Assembly: GCA_001643675.2 (NCBI GenBank)
Contig: LSRY02000018.1
Location: forward strand, 1,302,001-1,366,000
Length of the DNA: 64,000 nt
Reading direction: 5' to 3'
Source: Monocercomonoides exilis PA203
Taxonomy: Eukaryota > Protista > Preaxostyla
Positions 23,607 through 35,153 of the stretch are shown here, one piece after another; positions within the stretch are counted from its first letter, which is position 1, and every line of letters starts with the position of its first letter. The notes under the pieces were generated by a model. The model saw nothing but the letters and a program-made list of their open reading frames with translations. It was not told the DNA's origin and made no database searches. A program made the position numbers and the translations under genes.

Positions 23607-24110
23607 TATTTGCAATTCAAAAGATACACCTAAAACTATTCAAAATGAGAACTTTTGCATTCGAATTAATAATTGTTGAAAATCTTACGAAATTTAATTC
23701 AATCTCAAACGAAATTTTGTGAAAATCATTCTTTCAATTTTGAATCTGAAATTATTTTGTGCAGTCAAAATTATCTTGTGCATCAGAAAATATTTTGAAT
23801 TTTTTTATATTTTCTTGAAAATTTAAATTATTACTAATAATTTTCATTCATATGAAAACATTAGATATTTTCATTTCGAATGCAAAAAATTTTATTTCGT
23901 TTGAAAAAATCCTCATTTTGAATAATTTTTGGTGTATCAACCAAAACAGAAATGCATTTAAAAAAAGCAAAAATACACAAAAAGAGAAACAACTCAAACC
24001 TTGTCTTTCGAGAATTACAATGACTAGAAAAAAAGGGTAAAATGCTGACTGGATAAAGACAATGAATAGAAAAATTGAAAGAAAAAGATCAAGGAAAAAG
24101 GATAAAAAAA

Positions 24111-24190
24111 GTGGAAAAAAAAGTGGAAAAAAAAGTGGAAAAAAAAGTGGAAAAAAAAGTGGAAAAACAATGAGAAAAACAATGAGAAAA
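24111..24190. repeat. Minisatellite (GTGGAAAAAAAA)x5 followed by (CAATGAGAAAAA)x2
   Basis: Directly visible 12-bp units. Confidence 0.9.
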
Positions 24191-24531
24191 AAATGGGGAA
24201 AAAAATGGAAAAAAAATAAGAAAAATGCTTTGACAAAGTTAATGAGAAAGTCAAATAAAGACAGAACGAAAAGGAAACAGAAAAAAAGATCGGAAAGGAA
24301 AATGTGTTGAAAAAGAAGAAAGCAATTCATTTGTGGGCCATCATTGAATGTAAATGTTTCAACTCAAAAGCTTTGTCACTCTTCATAAGAGTAAAGCTGG
24401 ATAACCTTTGAAACCCATTATCTTCCTCAACAATCCTCTTTGGAAATAACAATTCACAGAAACACTGTTTCACATTTGCCACCGTGACATTTTTCCATTT
24501 TCCTTTGTTCTATTTCTCTCACCAACAACTT

Positions 24532-27500
24532 TCACTCCTTTGTCATGTTTGGTTGAACTACCACTGTCCCACAATTGCATTCACAAATAATCAAAGGCTC
24601 ATCACCTGTCAGCCATCCACTCTCCTTCTCACCATCTTCAGACTCATCATAATCAATCGCATCTGAAATCGTCATGATCACTGTTCCAGGAGGGAATCGT
24701 TGGACAAACTCTCTCTTCAAATCCACAAGACTCATCCTTTCATTTGTCTCCCCTTGCCAACACTTGCATATCGCTTCTTTCGATGAACACTCATCCAAAC
24801 TTTGAACAGTCGGCCTCTCCCCATTCGCTATCTTCTGTCCCGCCACCTCTGCTGGATACTCCCCAAACGGGATCTCCAGTGTCAGACACTCCCACAGCAT
24901 CATCCCGATCGAGAACACAACAGACTTCTTCGTTGCCCCCATCTTCTTGTTGATCAGCAATTCTGGTGCCATCCATCGCAGACATTCCTTTTTGTAATCA
25001 TCCTCATCCTCAAATGCTGATGATGGAAGGGAGTCACTGTCATCATCATCATCACTGGCTGATGTCACAACTGTTGATGATGAGATGGATGAGGAATCTG
25101 TGTCATCATCTGACAATAAGTCAGAATGCATCACAATGCAGATCACCATGTGTTCGGAGAAGAGTACAATGTGAGGACTCAGACTGGACAATGACTGAAG
25201 CTTGTTTTCCATTTCATCAAAGGAGTGGAGGGCGAGATTGGCCACCCAGAACAGGATTTGGGCAGCTGTCTGCTCCCTCTCCTGAAGAGTCCCAATTGCC
25301 ATTTCTTTCTTCTCATTTCTTCCATGCAGAAGCATGAACAATGAATCCCTCAGATCCACAATCAGCTTTTCGTGAGGAGACGAGCATGCCATCGCATCCA
25401 CCAGATTGGACATTGAAGAGGTGGTTGGACACATATCCTCCATTCGAACAAATGTTGAATCTGAATCAGTTGTTGAAGTAGTTGAAGTGGAAGAAATAGA
25501 AGGAGAAGGCGTTCTCTTCCTTATCTCTTCTTCCTCTTCTTTCTCCAATGCCCATTCAGGAATCTTGTCAGAGTCTCTTCCCAAGATATATTCTGTTGAG
25601 CCACTCTCACTCAGCAAATGCTCAGATGATTCCGAATGCCCCAAGCTTTTCGTATCATATATTCTCTTCTTTATCCTCTCTTCATTCTTCTTCTCTGCCT
25701 CTCTTTCTGCTCTTCTCCACTGCTCCTCAGGTGACATCTCCATCGTTACCATCTCAAACGCCTTCGGATCCTTCTTGATGTTATCATTCACTATCTCTCT
25801 CAAATCTTTCGCTTCATTCCTTGCCTTTCTCCATCGAATAGCTAGAACAATTGATATAATCAGAACAATCAAAAACAACACAGCAAAAACAGTAACAATG
25901 ACGATCCAATAAGAATTTCCTTCTTTTCCACTTTCAACAATTCTTTCATCCCCTTTTTGTACAATTTCACTTGCATTCTTCAGAATAAATGACTGAGTTG
26001 ACGAAGAAGATTCGACATTTCCAAATAAAATATGAGCGCTCACTTCGATTTCATCTCCACAACTGTTGATGAGATCTTTTCCCACACTCCCTTCAACTTC
26101 TCTTTCTGACAAAAACCCATTTGAATCAAAATCATAATGTTCAATCTCTTTCTCTTCTCCCTTCTTCTTCACAACTGAGAACGACAAATTGCATGGAACA
26201 AGAAGCATTCCTTTGAATGTCAGTTTCATTCTATCTGCCTCTTCTTTTGCTTCCACACTCTCCAGAACAGGAATGAAAAATGGAGATGCCCTCTCAGAAA
26301 CAATCCCTTCAAAACTGCACCCATCATTCAACATCCAAAGTGAAGTGTTTCTTTCCAATCCATCTCCTCCTTTCAAACTCACCACATTCAATATTCCCGA
26401 ATCTGAGCAAATGATGTTTCTTCTCAGCGATGGGTTTTTCTCAATCGAAGGATTATTGTTCTCAAACAATCCCATCTCAATTATCATTTCTCCTCCACTC
26501 ACTGTTATTCCACCATCTGGTGAATGTGAGATTGTTGAGTCTTTCATCGATACAGAACTCTTCACAACATCCACAAGCGATCCATTCCATTTGCATATCT
26601 CATCGGTTCTGTCGTTTCTTCTCGATTCTTCTTTTGCTTCATCTCCCAAATCTCCAAGGAAGTTGCAGGAATCAAAATTCATATCATCACAATTATCCAC
26701 AAACACAATCGACCCTTTCTCCTTTGAGCTAAAACATTTTCCAAACGAACAGTTCGACAAAACAACTCTCTTTGCCGCATTCTGGATTTTCGCCACACTT
26801 CCACTTCTTGAAATTGTGATGTTCTCAGCATCCAATTCCTTCAATTCCACTTTTGCGGTGTCCCCAATTTCAATAACATTTCCCTCTGATTTCAAATCAT
26901 CAATTCTTGTTTCTGACATGACTGCTTTCGATTCCCCAATGAACTCCATCAATGGCACTCTCAATTTCATTCTCGAAACCAAACATTTGTCCATCTCCAG
27001 TTCTCCTCCTTCAACTGCCATCACAATGCTGTCAATCACCAATTCAGATGTTGATGACAAGCACTCACACTCCCTCATTATGGTTGTCCCATTCTTCACT
27101 TTCATAATGCATTTGTGATTTGCTTCAAAGAGCTCTCCAAACTCATGCACACATCTCTCCACAGCACACTCATTCACAAATACAATCACACTCCCTTCAC
27201 TTTCCATCTCTTGAATAACTTCATTGAAATGAATTGTTCCCTTCGCCTTCTTCATTGACTTCATACACAAATCTCCGATCGCACATTCACCTCCAATGTC
27301 TCCTTCGCCATCAATCCAAATGAAATTTCCCATACCTCTTTGGATGTGACTCACACCGCAGCTGACACTTTTGCACGGATTTGTCTGCGCTCCACACTGC
27401 CTATTGTTACTCCCATTCACTGATATAAACACTTGCTGCCCAAAGAAGAATGTGATCAATGGGATCAGATTAATATCAGTCTTTCCCTCCCCATCACTCC

Positions 27501-30500
27501 CACATATCGAGTCCTTCCCCCTCAGCGCTTCCTGGTCGAAATCCAGTTCAAACAGTCTTTCATTGATCTGCGAAGCAATCGAAACACATCTGATAAACAC
27601 ATCCTTCCCAATGAATGCATCATTCATCATGAATCGGATGTTCTCCAATCTCAATCCAATTGGTGATATTTCTGTGTTGGTGTTCTTCTCATTTGGATCA
27701 AGTGCATCAATCATCATCCCTCCTCCCCTTCCTTTGCCTGTCGAGCACACACACATCCCTAATGAACATCCACTCACTTTCAACTCCGACACTCCTCTCT
27801 TCAACAGCATCTTCATCCCTCCTCCTTCCATACTCTTCTCACTCATGCACTTCGTCATTGTGCATCCTTCAATCTCACATTCCATCCCAGCTGAGAACGA
27901 TCCTGCACTCATCACACATGCTCTGTTATCAAAGCATGTGATGTTCGTAAACGAGGAGCAATTCACTTTCACTGTTTGTTTTGTGTTCTCCATTGCATTG
28001 TTGATCAGCATATTTGCTGTGGATGACTGACTCAGTGATATCAGACTGCTTTCAGATATCGTTATGTTCGATATCGACATGTTCATCACATCAACACTCT
28101 TCACATCTGTTGTGAATTCCACGAACCCTTTCGCCAACAGGAACTGAGAAAGGGTGCAACCCTCAATCACTGTTCTCCCTCCATCTGCTTTTATCAAGCA
28201 ATAATTCACTTTCATTGTTTCATCCTCACAAGCAAATGAGCACCTCACAACTGAAAGTGTTGCAGAGGAGGATGATAATGAATGAATGAATGACAAATGC
28301 ATCCCTAATTCATTTGGAAGAGAAAATGAAATATTAATGAATGAAACAACAATATTCGACGAAATCATCCCCTCTCCTTCTTCATCTTTATCCATTCCTC
28401 CATCATTCACTTTCAGATCTGTTCCTTCTCTCTCTCCCTCAACTGAAACAATAGGAGTGGTTAATGATGATGATGACAGCAGTGACATTGATTTCTGAAG
28501 CAATCCTGATCTGACTATTTTGATGTGTGATTTGCATTCTCCAAGTGTTGAATATCTCAGTGATATCAAGTGGTCAATCGATAAACATGGAGCTTCAGAA
28601 AACCCACACCCACTGAAGTCTCCTCCTTTCTCCTTTGAAACAAACCCATTCCCGCTCCAATTATCCCACAAATACACAACCAGTGGAATCACATATCCCC
28701 CTTCTCCTGTTGTCTTCCTCTCCCATCCACACAACTCATCCAATGAAATCAACTCCTCTGAACTCATCTCCCATTTGAAGTGCTCCTTGTTCACAACCTC
28801 ACTCAGATCCCATCCAGATATAAACACATTCCTTCCTTTCCAAGCTTCGCATCCTTCAAATTCCATTCCTTCCAACACAAATAATCCCATTTCATCTGGC
28901 AGCTTCACAAACATCCCTCCTCCCATTCCTCTCCCTCCATTCTCAACATCCTCTGATGGCACTTCACATCCTGATAATTTCACTCCTTTCACCCTCAATG
29001 TTCCTTCACTTCCAATTGATATCATCATCCCTCCCCCTTTCATTCCACTTCCACCAGAGCAGGAGGATGAAAAATTGCTTTCTTCAATATTCACATCTCC
29101 TCCTTCCTTCATCACAATATTCAAACATCCTCCTCCATTTCCACTTCCACTTCCTCCAGTCATTTCCACTCCACTCATTCTGCTGTTCAAAATCTCCAAT
29201 TTCACTCCACTTGTCATTGATATTGGTGATTTCCCATTCATTGTCAGTGTCACTCCACTTTCCATCACAAATCCATCAACAACCAGATTCCCTCCTGCCA
29301 TCTCAATGATGCTGTATCCTATCTTTCCATCAGTCAATGCCCCACTCTCAAATGAGATTGAACAGTTCGTCATGTTGATTGTTGATGTTGAGTGAATGAA
29401 TGCACTTTTCCTTGATTTCAACTGACCTTTCACAACAAATGAAAGTCTGCTCATTGTCAGTGAACTCGAACATCCAACGAGCCATTCTTGTGAAGCTGAT
29501 CCCCCATCACTCACATTCACTTGCATCCTCTCTCCCTCTTCCGACGATGATGATTCTATTCTGCCTGAAATTATCACACAAAATGAAGATATAGCAATTT
29601 CATCCTTTATTGAAGAAGATGTGACAACCTCTATTTCATTTGAACTTTCACTCAATCTTGAGTTCGCACAATAATCAACTGTCAAACACCTGAATGCCTC
29701 AAATCCACAATGGTTGTGGTCCTTCCCATTTCCTCCACTCCCATCAACAATCACTTTTGTCCCCATTGTGCACAAATACACAAACAGTGGAATCACTCCA
29801 CTTTCATCCCCATTTTCATTCCCACTCAGCTTCAACGCATCTGATGGAATAGCGCTTGCATCAAAAAAGGAAAATGAGCTTTTATTCACTTTTGACTCCA
29901 AAAACACTCCACTCCCACAACTCACAAACACATCCTTCCCATATGAAGCCCCATTCTCCTTCACTTTCGAAAACTCAACATTCTCACCAATTGTCAATCC
30001 ACATCCCCTACTCTCCATCTCCACAAACATCCCTCCTCCTCTCCCTCCATTTCCTTCAATTCCCACTGCAACACATCCATCGATCACACTCATTCCATTC
30101 ATCACAACTTCCCCATTATCTGTCAAACAAACACAAATTCCCCCTCCATTCCCTTCCTTGCACACGCTATTTTCGATTGACACATTCTGCACAGAAAATT
30201 TCTCTCCTCCCTTTATACTCTTTTCCACCACGACTCCATCTCCTTCAGACCGATTCACATTTCGAACTGTCACATTCACTAGCATACTCTCTCCAGATGT
30301 TGATCCTGCTGATGATGGTTCAGCAAACAGTTGCTGAGATATTTTCATGTTTTTAATCTCAACGTCACTCATCCTCAATTGCAACAGAGCTATCACAAAT
30401 ACCGATGAAGATATTACGCTCTCTTCTGATATTGAAGAATTGATCAGAACATCCTCCAGTGAAAGTGTCCCACTCCCAGACGAAACGACAAACACACTCG

Positions 30501-32682
30501 GAGATGAACTCCTTGTCGTGTTGTGATCGATACCCAAATGTTGAACATTCAGCTGCCCACTCTTCACACTGAACAGTGTTGTTGAAGATACAGAAAGCGA
30601 TTTTGTTCCAATCAGACTTTCTTCTCTTCCCTTCCCCACAACACTAATCAATTTATCTCCGATGTCAATTGTTGAGATTTCGCTTTGATGTTTCCCACTA
30701 AGGACTTTGATTGTTGAGCTTAGATGCACCATGCTCGCTCCCACCGCATGTTCCACTGACTTGCACGGATCTTCCTCACTCGCCCCACACAAACTCCTCA
30801 AGTCATCTCCACTCACCCCAACATACCGATCAATTATCCCGAAACTCAACCAATTCATCTTTTCTGTATGCTGATAACTATTCGCCAAATAACACACTCT
30901 TTTGTTATTTGAATTTGTTGTATAAGATTCGTAGAACGGATTGCTTGATGAAAAGAGATTGTTGTCATCTTCGAAATACACATCATGACCATATGGAGTG
31001 GAACTTGTGCAATTGCAATTGTGAAAAAAGATGAAATAGCAGTAATGACTGTTGCTCGAAACTGTTGCCATCTGTGGGTCCAAACACAAGCCTCCTCCAT
31101 TTGACGATGCATTGCATGAAATGAACCGAATGCTCCTCATTTTGAATTGATTGGGAATATTGCGGCAACGTAGGCCTCCACCTCCATCATTCACAACAAA
31201 ACATGAAGTGAAGCTGCAGTCAAACACACATGCACTCTCACCTCCTCCATTTTCTAATCCAATGCAGTTTATTCCTGAAACCTGAAATTCATCAAGGTTA
31301 ATCCCTCCTCCATAGCTTTTTGCTTTGCAACTCTTGAATTCGCATCCGCTTATCCGAACGCACTCTGAAATTGTAACTACATACATTCCTCCTCCATAAT
31401 GGTTTTGAGCAGTGCATGCATTGAACATGTTGTTTTCTATATGAACAGATTTCACATGATGAATCATTATTCCACCTCCTCGACTGTATGCAAAGCATTC
31501 ATTGAAGGAACAGTGAGAAACTGAAAGTTCTCCAGAACTTTGATTACACATGCAGATTGCTCCTCCACTCGAAATTCCATCTGATGTGGAATCACTCTTT
31601 CCTGTTGTACTCGATCCGTTCCACTCGCACCAAACAAATGAATTAGCTCCTATGTTTGTAGTGTTCTGTCTCCCTGGCTTAAATGGAACCTCTGCAGTTC
31701 CATTTATATAAACATTTCTTGTCCTTCGAGACTCAATAAATGAGGTGTTTGAGACTGTCAAGGAGGTGAAGGGGTTATTGATTGAAGGAACAATTCCCCC
31801 ATCATACACATCACAGACTGATGAAAATGAGCAATCATTGATCAAAGTGTTTGATCCACATCGCAAAGATGAAGTGACAAATCTGTGTGTTGGAGCTGTT
31901 GAAATATTGGAGAAAAACAAATTAGTGAGTGAAACACTCTCAACATTTGAAGAAGACAGAAATGGATGTGAAGAAGTCTGGAATGAAGAAAATTCAGATG
32001 AGAAAATTGAGACATAACTGGAAGAGTGGCTTTTCGCAGAACCTAATTGTGATGAGAAAAGAGGAGGCATTTGAGTTTGTTGTGAATTCCAAAATCTAAG
32101 TGTCAGGTTTGCCAACAATAATCGACTCCCACACAAATCAAATGGGCTTATTCCATTTCTGACTTCAAAACGGCACCCGATGACCATTGCAACACTTTCA
32201 ATGCTTAAGGTTATAGAACTTGTATTTCCATTTCCTATCAAATCCATATTCGCACACGAAAGAGACGAGTTACACAGAATAACATGGCTCAGCACTTTGC
32301 TTTCTTCAAGGCTCATCAAAATCCTCTTTCCATTGCGGTCGTTAACATTCTGTGCATCTCCTTCAATTGAGATAATTTTACTATTTGTGTTTGTGTTTGG
32401 AAATTCAATTCTGTTGTTAAGTTTTATTTTCCATTGACCTTTCCATTCCACAGGCTCATCGTATTCAGAATAATTCTCGTTATATTGAACTTGAATGTGA
32501 GTTTTCTTTTCATTGGAACTATTTTCAGTTTCCATTGAAGTCATCTGGGCATCTGCAGGTATAATTTGCAAAATATTCGAATCAGGAATTATTCCAATTT
32601 TGTCGTTTGTAGCATCTTCGTGAAAGCATTGCTCGCAAATGACATTCCCCAAAATAGCAGCGATAGCAATCAATAAATTCAT
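24532..32682 (-). CDS. Giant single-pass receptor-like surface protein (~2700 aa) with beta-helix-like Gly/Cys-rich ectodomain and C-terminal pseudokinase
   Basis: Signal-like MNLLIAIAAILGNVICE (the ORF track starts at 32751). Repeated GGAI/GGGM...CSF..C motifs, TM segment YWIVIVTVFAVLFLIVLIISIVLAIRWRK, and kinase C-lobe RWMAPELL...VVFSIGMMLWECLTLEIPFGE...CW...R. Single uninterrupted ORF. Confidence 0.85.
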   Translation of the reverse strand: MNLLIAIAAILGNVICEQCFHEDATNDKIGIIPDSNILQIIPADAQMTSMETENSSNEKKTHIQVQYNENYSEYDEPVEWKGQWKIKLNNRIEFPNTNTNSKIISIEGDAQNVNDRNGKRILMSLEESKVLSHVILCNSSLSCANMDLIGNGNTSSITLSIESVAMVIGCRFEVRNGISPFDLCGSRLLLANLTLRFWNSQQTQMPPLFSSQLGSAKSHSSSYVSIFSSEFSSFQTSSHPFLSSSNVESVSLTNLFFSNISTAPTHRFVTSSLRCGSNTLINDCSFSSVCDVYDGGIVPSINNPFTSLTVSNTSFIESRRTRNVYINGTAEVPFKPGRQNTTNIGANSFVWCEWNGSSTTGKSDSTSDGISSGGAICMCNQSSGELSVSHCSFNECFAYSRGGGIMIHHVKSVHIENNMFNACTAQNHYGGGMYVVTISECVRISGCEFKSCKAKSYGGGINLDEFQVSGINCIGLENGGGESACVFDCSFTSCFVVNDGGGGLRCRNIPNQFKMRSIRFISCNASSNGGGLCLDPQMATVSSNSHYCYFIFFHNCNCTSSTPYGHDVYFEDDNNLFSSSNPFYESYTTNSNNKRVCYLANSYQHTEKMNWLSFGIIDRYVGVSGDDLRSLCGASEEDPCKSVEHAVGASMVHLSSTIKVLSGKHQSEISTIDIGDKLISVVGKGREESLIGTKSLSVSSTTLFSVKSGQLNVQHLGIDHNTTRSSSPSVFVVSSGSGTLSLEDVLINSSISEESVISSSVFVIALLQLRMSDVEIKNMKISQQLFAEPSSAGSTSGESMLVNVTVRNVNRSEGDGVVVEKSIKGGEKFSVQNVSIENSVCKEGNGGGICVCLTDNGEVVMNGMSVIDGCVAVGIEGNGGRGGGMFVEMESRGCGLTIGENVEFSKVKENGASYGKDVFVSCGSGVFLESKVNKSSFSFFDASAIPSDALKLSGNENGDESGVIPLFVYLCTMGTKVIVDGSGGNGKDHNHCGFEAFRCLTVDYCANSRLSESSNEIEVVTSSSIKDEIAISSFCVIISGRIESSSSEEGERMQVNVSDGGSASQEWLVGCSSSLTMSRLSFVVKGQLKSRKSAFIHSTSTINMTNCSISFESGALTDGKIGYSIIEMAGGNLVVDGFVMESGVTLTMNGKSPISMTSGVKLEILNSRMSGVEMTGGSGSGNGGGCLNIVMKEGGDVNIEESNFSSSCSGGSGMKGGGMMISIGSEGTLRVKGVKLSGCEVPSEDVENGGRGMGGGMFVKLPDEMGLFVLEGMEFEGCEAWKGRNVFISGWDLSEVVNKEHFKWEMSSEELISLDELCGWERKTTGEGGYVIPLVVYLWDNWSGNGFVSKEKGGDFSGCGFSEAPCLSIDHLISLRYSTLGECKSHIKIVRSGLLQKSMSLLSSSSLTTPIVSVEGEREGTDLKVNDGGMDKDEEGEGMISSNIVVSFINISFSLPNELGMHLSFIHSLSSSSATLSVVRCSFACEDETMKVNYCLIKADGGRTVIEGCTLSQFLLAKGFVEFTTDVKSVDVMNMSISNITISESSLISLSQSSTANMLINNAMENTKQTVKVNCSSFTNITCFDNRACVMSAGSFSAGMECEIEGCTMTKCMSEKSMEGGGMKMLLKRGVSELKVSGCSLGMCVCSTGKGRGGGMMIDALDPNEKNTNTEISPIGLRLENIRFMMNDAFIGKDVFIRCVSIASQINERLFELDFDQEALRGKDSICGSDGEGKTDINLIPLITFFFGQQVFISVNGSNNRQCGAQTNPCKSVSCGVSHIQRGMGNFIWIDGEGDIGGECAIGDLCMKSMKKAKGTIHFNEVIQEMESEGSVIVFVNECAVERCVHEFGELFEANHKCIMKVKNGTTIMRECECLSSTSELVIDSIVMAVEGGELEMDKCLVSRMKLRVPLMEFIGESKAVMSETRIDDLKSEGNVIEIGDTAKVELKELDAENITISRSGSVAKIQNAAKRVVLSNCSFGKCFSSKEKGSIVFVDNCDDMNFDSCNFLGDLGDEAKEESRRNDRTDEICKWNGSLVDVVKSSVSMKDSTISHSPDGGITVSGGEMIIEMGLFENNNPSIEKNPSLRRNIICSDSGILNVVSLKGGDGLERNTSLWMLNDGCSFEGIVSERASPFFIPVLESVEAKEEADRMKLTFKGMLLVPCNLSFSVVKKKGEEKEIEHYDFDSNGFLSEREVEGSVGKDLINSCGDEIEVSAHILFGNVESSSSTQSFILKNASEIVQKGDERIVESGKEGNSYWIVIVTVFAVLFLIVLIISIVLAIRWRKARNEAKDLREIVNDNIKKDPKAFEMVTMEMSPEEQWRRAEREAEKKNEERIKKRIYDTKSLGHSESSEHLLSESGSTEYILGRDSDKIPEWALEKEEEEEIRKRTPSPSISSTSTTSTTDSDSTFVRMEDMCPTTSSMSNLVDAMACSSPHEKLIVDLRDSLFMLLHGRNEKKEMAIGTLQEREQTAAQILFWVANLALHSFDEMENKLQSLSSLSPHIVLFSEHMVICIVMHSDLLSDDDTDSSSISSSTVVTSASDDDDDSDSLPSSAFEDEDDYKKECLRWMAPELLINKKMGATKKSVVFSIGMMLWECLTLEIPFGEYPAEVAGQKIANGERPTVQSLDECSSKEAICKCWQGETNERMSLVDLKREFVQRFPPGTVIMTISDAIDYDESEDGEKESGWLTGDEPLIICECNCGTVVVQPNMTKE

Positions 32683-33893
32683 TTTGGCGTGCAAAATGGA
32701 TTTTCTTTTTTCTTTTTTTGATCGATTATTATAATGGGTCATATTGATCATTTATAATATAATCAAATTTTCAACTGATAATAGCTTTGTATTTCATTTC
32801 ATTCCTTTCGCAATAAAAATGAAGAAAATAAATTTCGCATGTTGACCTCTTTCATTTTTCCTTCATCATTATTTCAGTTATCTTCTCAAAATACGTTCCT
32901 TTTCGAAGTGATTATTTCAAAATGATGAAGAATATGTTTGGAAGTCTTCAGAATATCGAGAAACATATGTCACTTATTTTTTCTTGCAATTTCACAAAAA
33001 AGAAATCTTTTGAAGCAACTCTCAAAGAAATTTGTTTTTCATGAAATCCAATTCTCATTTTTCCATGTTTATTTTTCAACCTCATTCTTTTTGATTGTTC
33101 TCAATTATATGGTTGGTATCCTCTTTTCATTGAAGAAGTGTCTCTTCCTCAATTGAAGTGGAAATATCTTGCGGTATATCACGAACAGTTGTTGATTTTC
33201 AAAAAGAACATAAAAATTGCTACAGCAAAAAGAATAAGCAAAAACCAAGGACTCAGCAACCATGTCCCAAATGTTTCAAACGTTTTGTGCTTCCTTTCTG
33301 AAAAGACGTGAAATCAGAATTCTCAGTCGCCTGAACTTGAAATGACTGAATGTTTGAAAGAGATAAATTTGATTGAACAAAAGGCAAAATAAGAATAAAT
33401 AATTGAAATCCGATGCACAAAAGAAGATGCAGCAGTGAAAATAGTTGTTTGAGTTTTTCACTCATGAAAACGCAATGTGACGGTTGTTGATGTGTTTTTT
33501 CGTTCTTCTATGAATACATGAACAAAAGAAACGGATTGTGAAAATTGGTTTGCTTTTTTGTATCTCTTTATAATTTTAATACTGAATATCGTTATCCTTG
33601 GCTGTTTTGAAGAGATTTATATGGAAAAAACAAAACAAAAAATTGTTCAAAAATTTTTGCCCATATCAAAATTTTATTGTTTTTGATTGAAAAAAGATTC
33701 TTTTTTCGAAGGGCAACAACGTGTGAATTCTCATGACTTTTTCTTTGTGATGCATATTTCTTTTGGGACATTTTTTGTTCGCAAACCTACAAAAACTTTT
33801 TGCATAATAACAATTCTGTTTCTTTTTCAAAGGCCACCTTACGAACCTTCACCTCCTCAACAAACACACGTGATACTCTTTCTGGTGGGGGGA

Positions 33894-35153
33894 ATGGAAG
33901 TTGATGAAGCTCCGAACGAAATGTCCAAAACCTTTGATGAAATGCTTTTGAAAGATGAATTGCTTCGTGGTGTATTTTCATGTGGTTTTGACACACCATC
34001 TCTTGTTCAGCAGATGGCCATCAAGCCAATTATTTGAGGACGCGATGGTTTTTGCAGGCTCAGTCAGGACAGGGAAAACATTTTGCTTAATTGATTGCTT
34101 GTTTGCAGATTGCTGATCCTTCCCTGCACTTCATCTAAGCAGTGATTATTAATCCAAGTCGTGAACGTGCATCGGGTGAGTTTTGAGTGTGTGCACTTTT
34201 ATGTTGTTATACACAATAATTTTACATGTTTCTTTTTTTCAGGCAACGAAGGGACTTGCAAAATCCATTAGAGGAATCCACATTTATTGCATTTTCGATG
34301 AGGACCACGTTCGCGAAGCTACACGAAAAGGAGCAGAGAAGCCTCAGCACATGATTATTGGAGGTCCCGAGATTGTAGAGAGGATAATATATTCTGAGGT
34401 TATTGATGTTTGGCATCTGCGAATCTGTGTGCTTGATGGAGCATATACATATCTTTCAAAAGAGTGTAATGTTATGATAAAAGACATTTTCTCGTCTTTA
34501 CCGTGAGAAAACGCAATCGGTTGTGATAAGCAACTGGATGTCAGTTGAAGTCATTGAAATAGCTGGCCATATTTTTGCGTTATTTGATTCGAATTATGAT
34601 TCCTTATGAAGAACATTTGCCTGACGGAATTCGACAATTCTATGTGGATGTTACAAAAGAAGAATACAAGAAGGAAGTGCCATTCGGTCTTTTTGAGACA
34701 ATTCCCATTGCTGGATATGTCATGTTCTGCAATTACCAAGAGAAAGTGGATTATATCACAGAAGCGATAAGAAGTTGAAAGTTTTCAATGAGTTCGATTC
34801 ATGGTGGAATCGGAAAAGAAGGCAAAGATCGCGCTATGAAAGATTTCATAGAAGGAAAAATCAAAGTGCTTGTGGCAACAAATTTATTAGCGCATAGCAT
34901 TGATGTGCAGCATGCTTCGTTTGTTGTGAATAATGACTTTGTGAATGAATGGTTCCACATTAATTGGCGAGTTGAAATATTAGGCTGTTATGAAGGGAAA
35001 AGTTATGTAATTAACATGGTTACTGAAGCAGATGAGAAAATGATGAAGGAGACACAGGAATACGATGAAACAAAAATTGAAGAGCTTCCACAAAAGTCGA
35101 TGAACTGCTTCAGAAATAGCAACAGAGGAATGGACATGACAAAGAAATTATGA
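33894..35153 (+). pseudogene. eIF4A-like DEAD-box helicase pseudogene
   Basis: Q-motif region [35 protein letters not shown], then TGA. Frameshifted AQSG-TGKT, further in-frame stops (e.g. I*AVIINPSRERA), DEAD degenerated to DGAY. GIRQFYV, SSIHGG and KVLVATNLLAHSIDVQ are retained. Confidence 0.85.

Noticed and set aside
24111-24190. CRISPR-like or telomeric array
   Set aside because: No unique spacers, only five low-complexity units, and an internal location.
23848-24330. ORFs with KKSG or PLFF repeats
   Set aside because: Translations of the 12-bp minisatellite in A-rich intergenic DNA.
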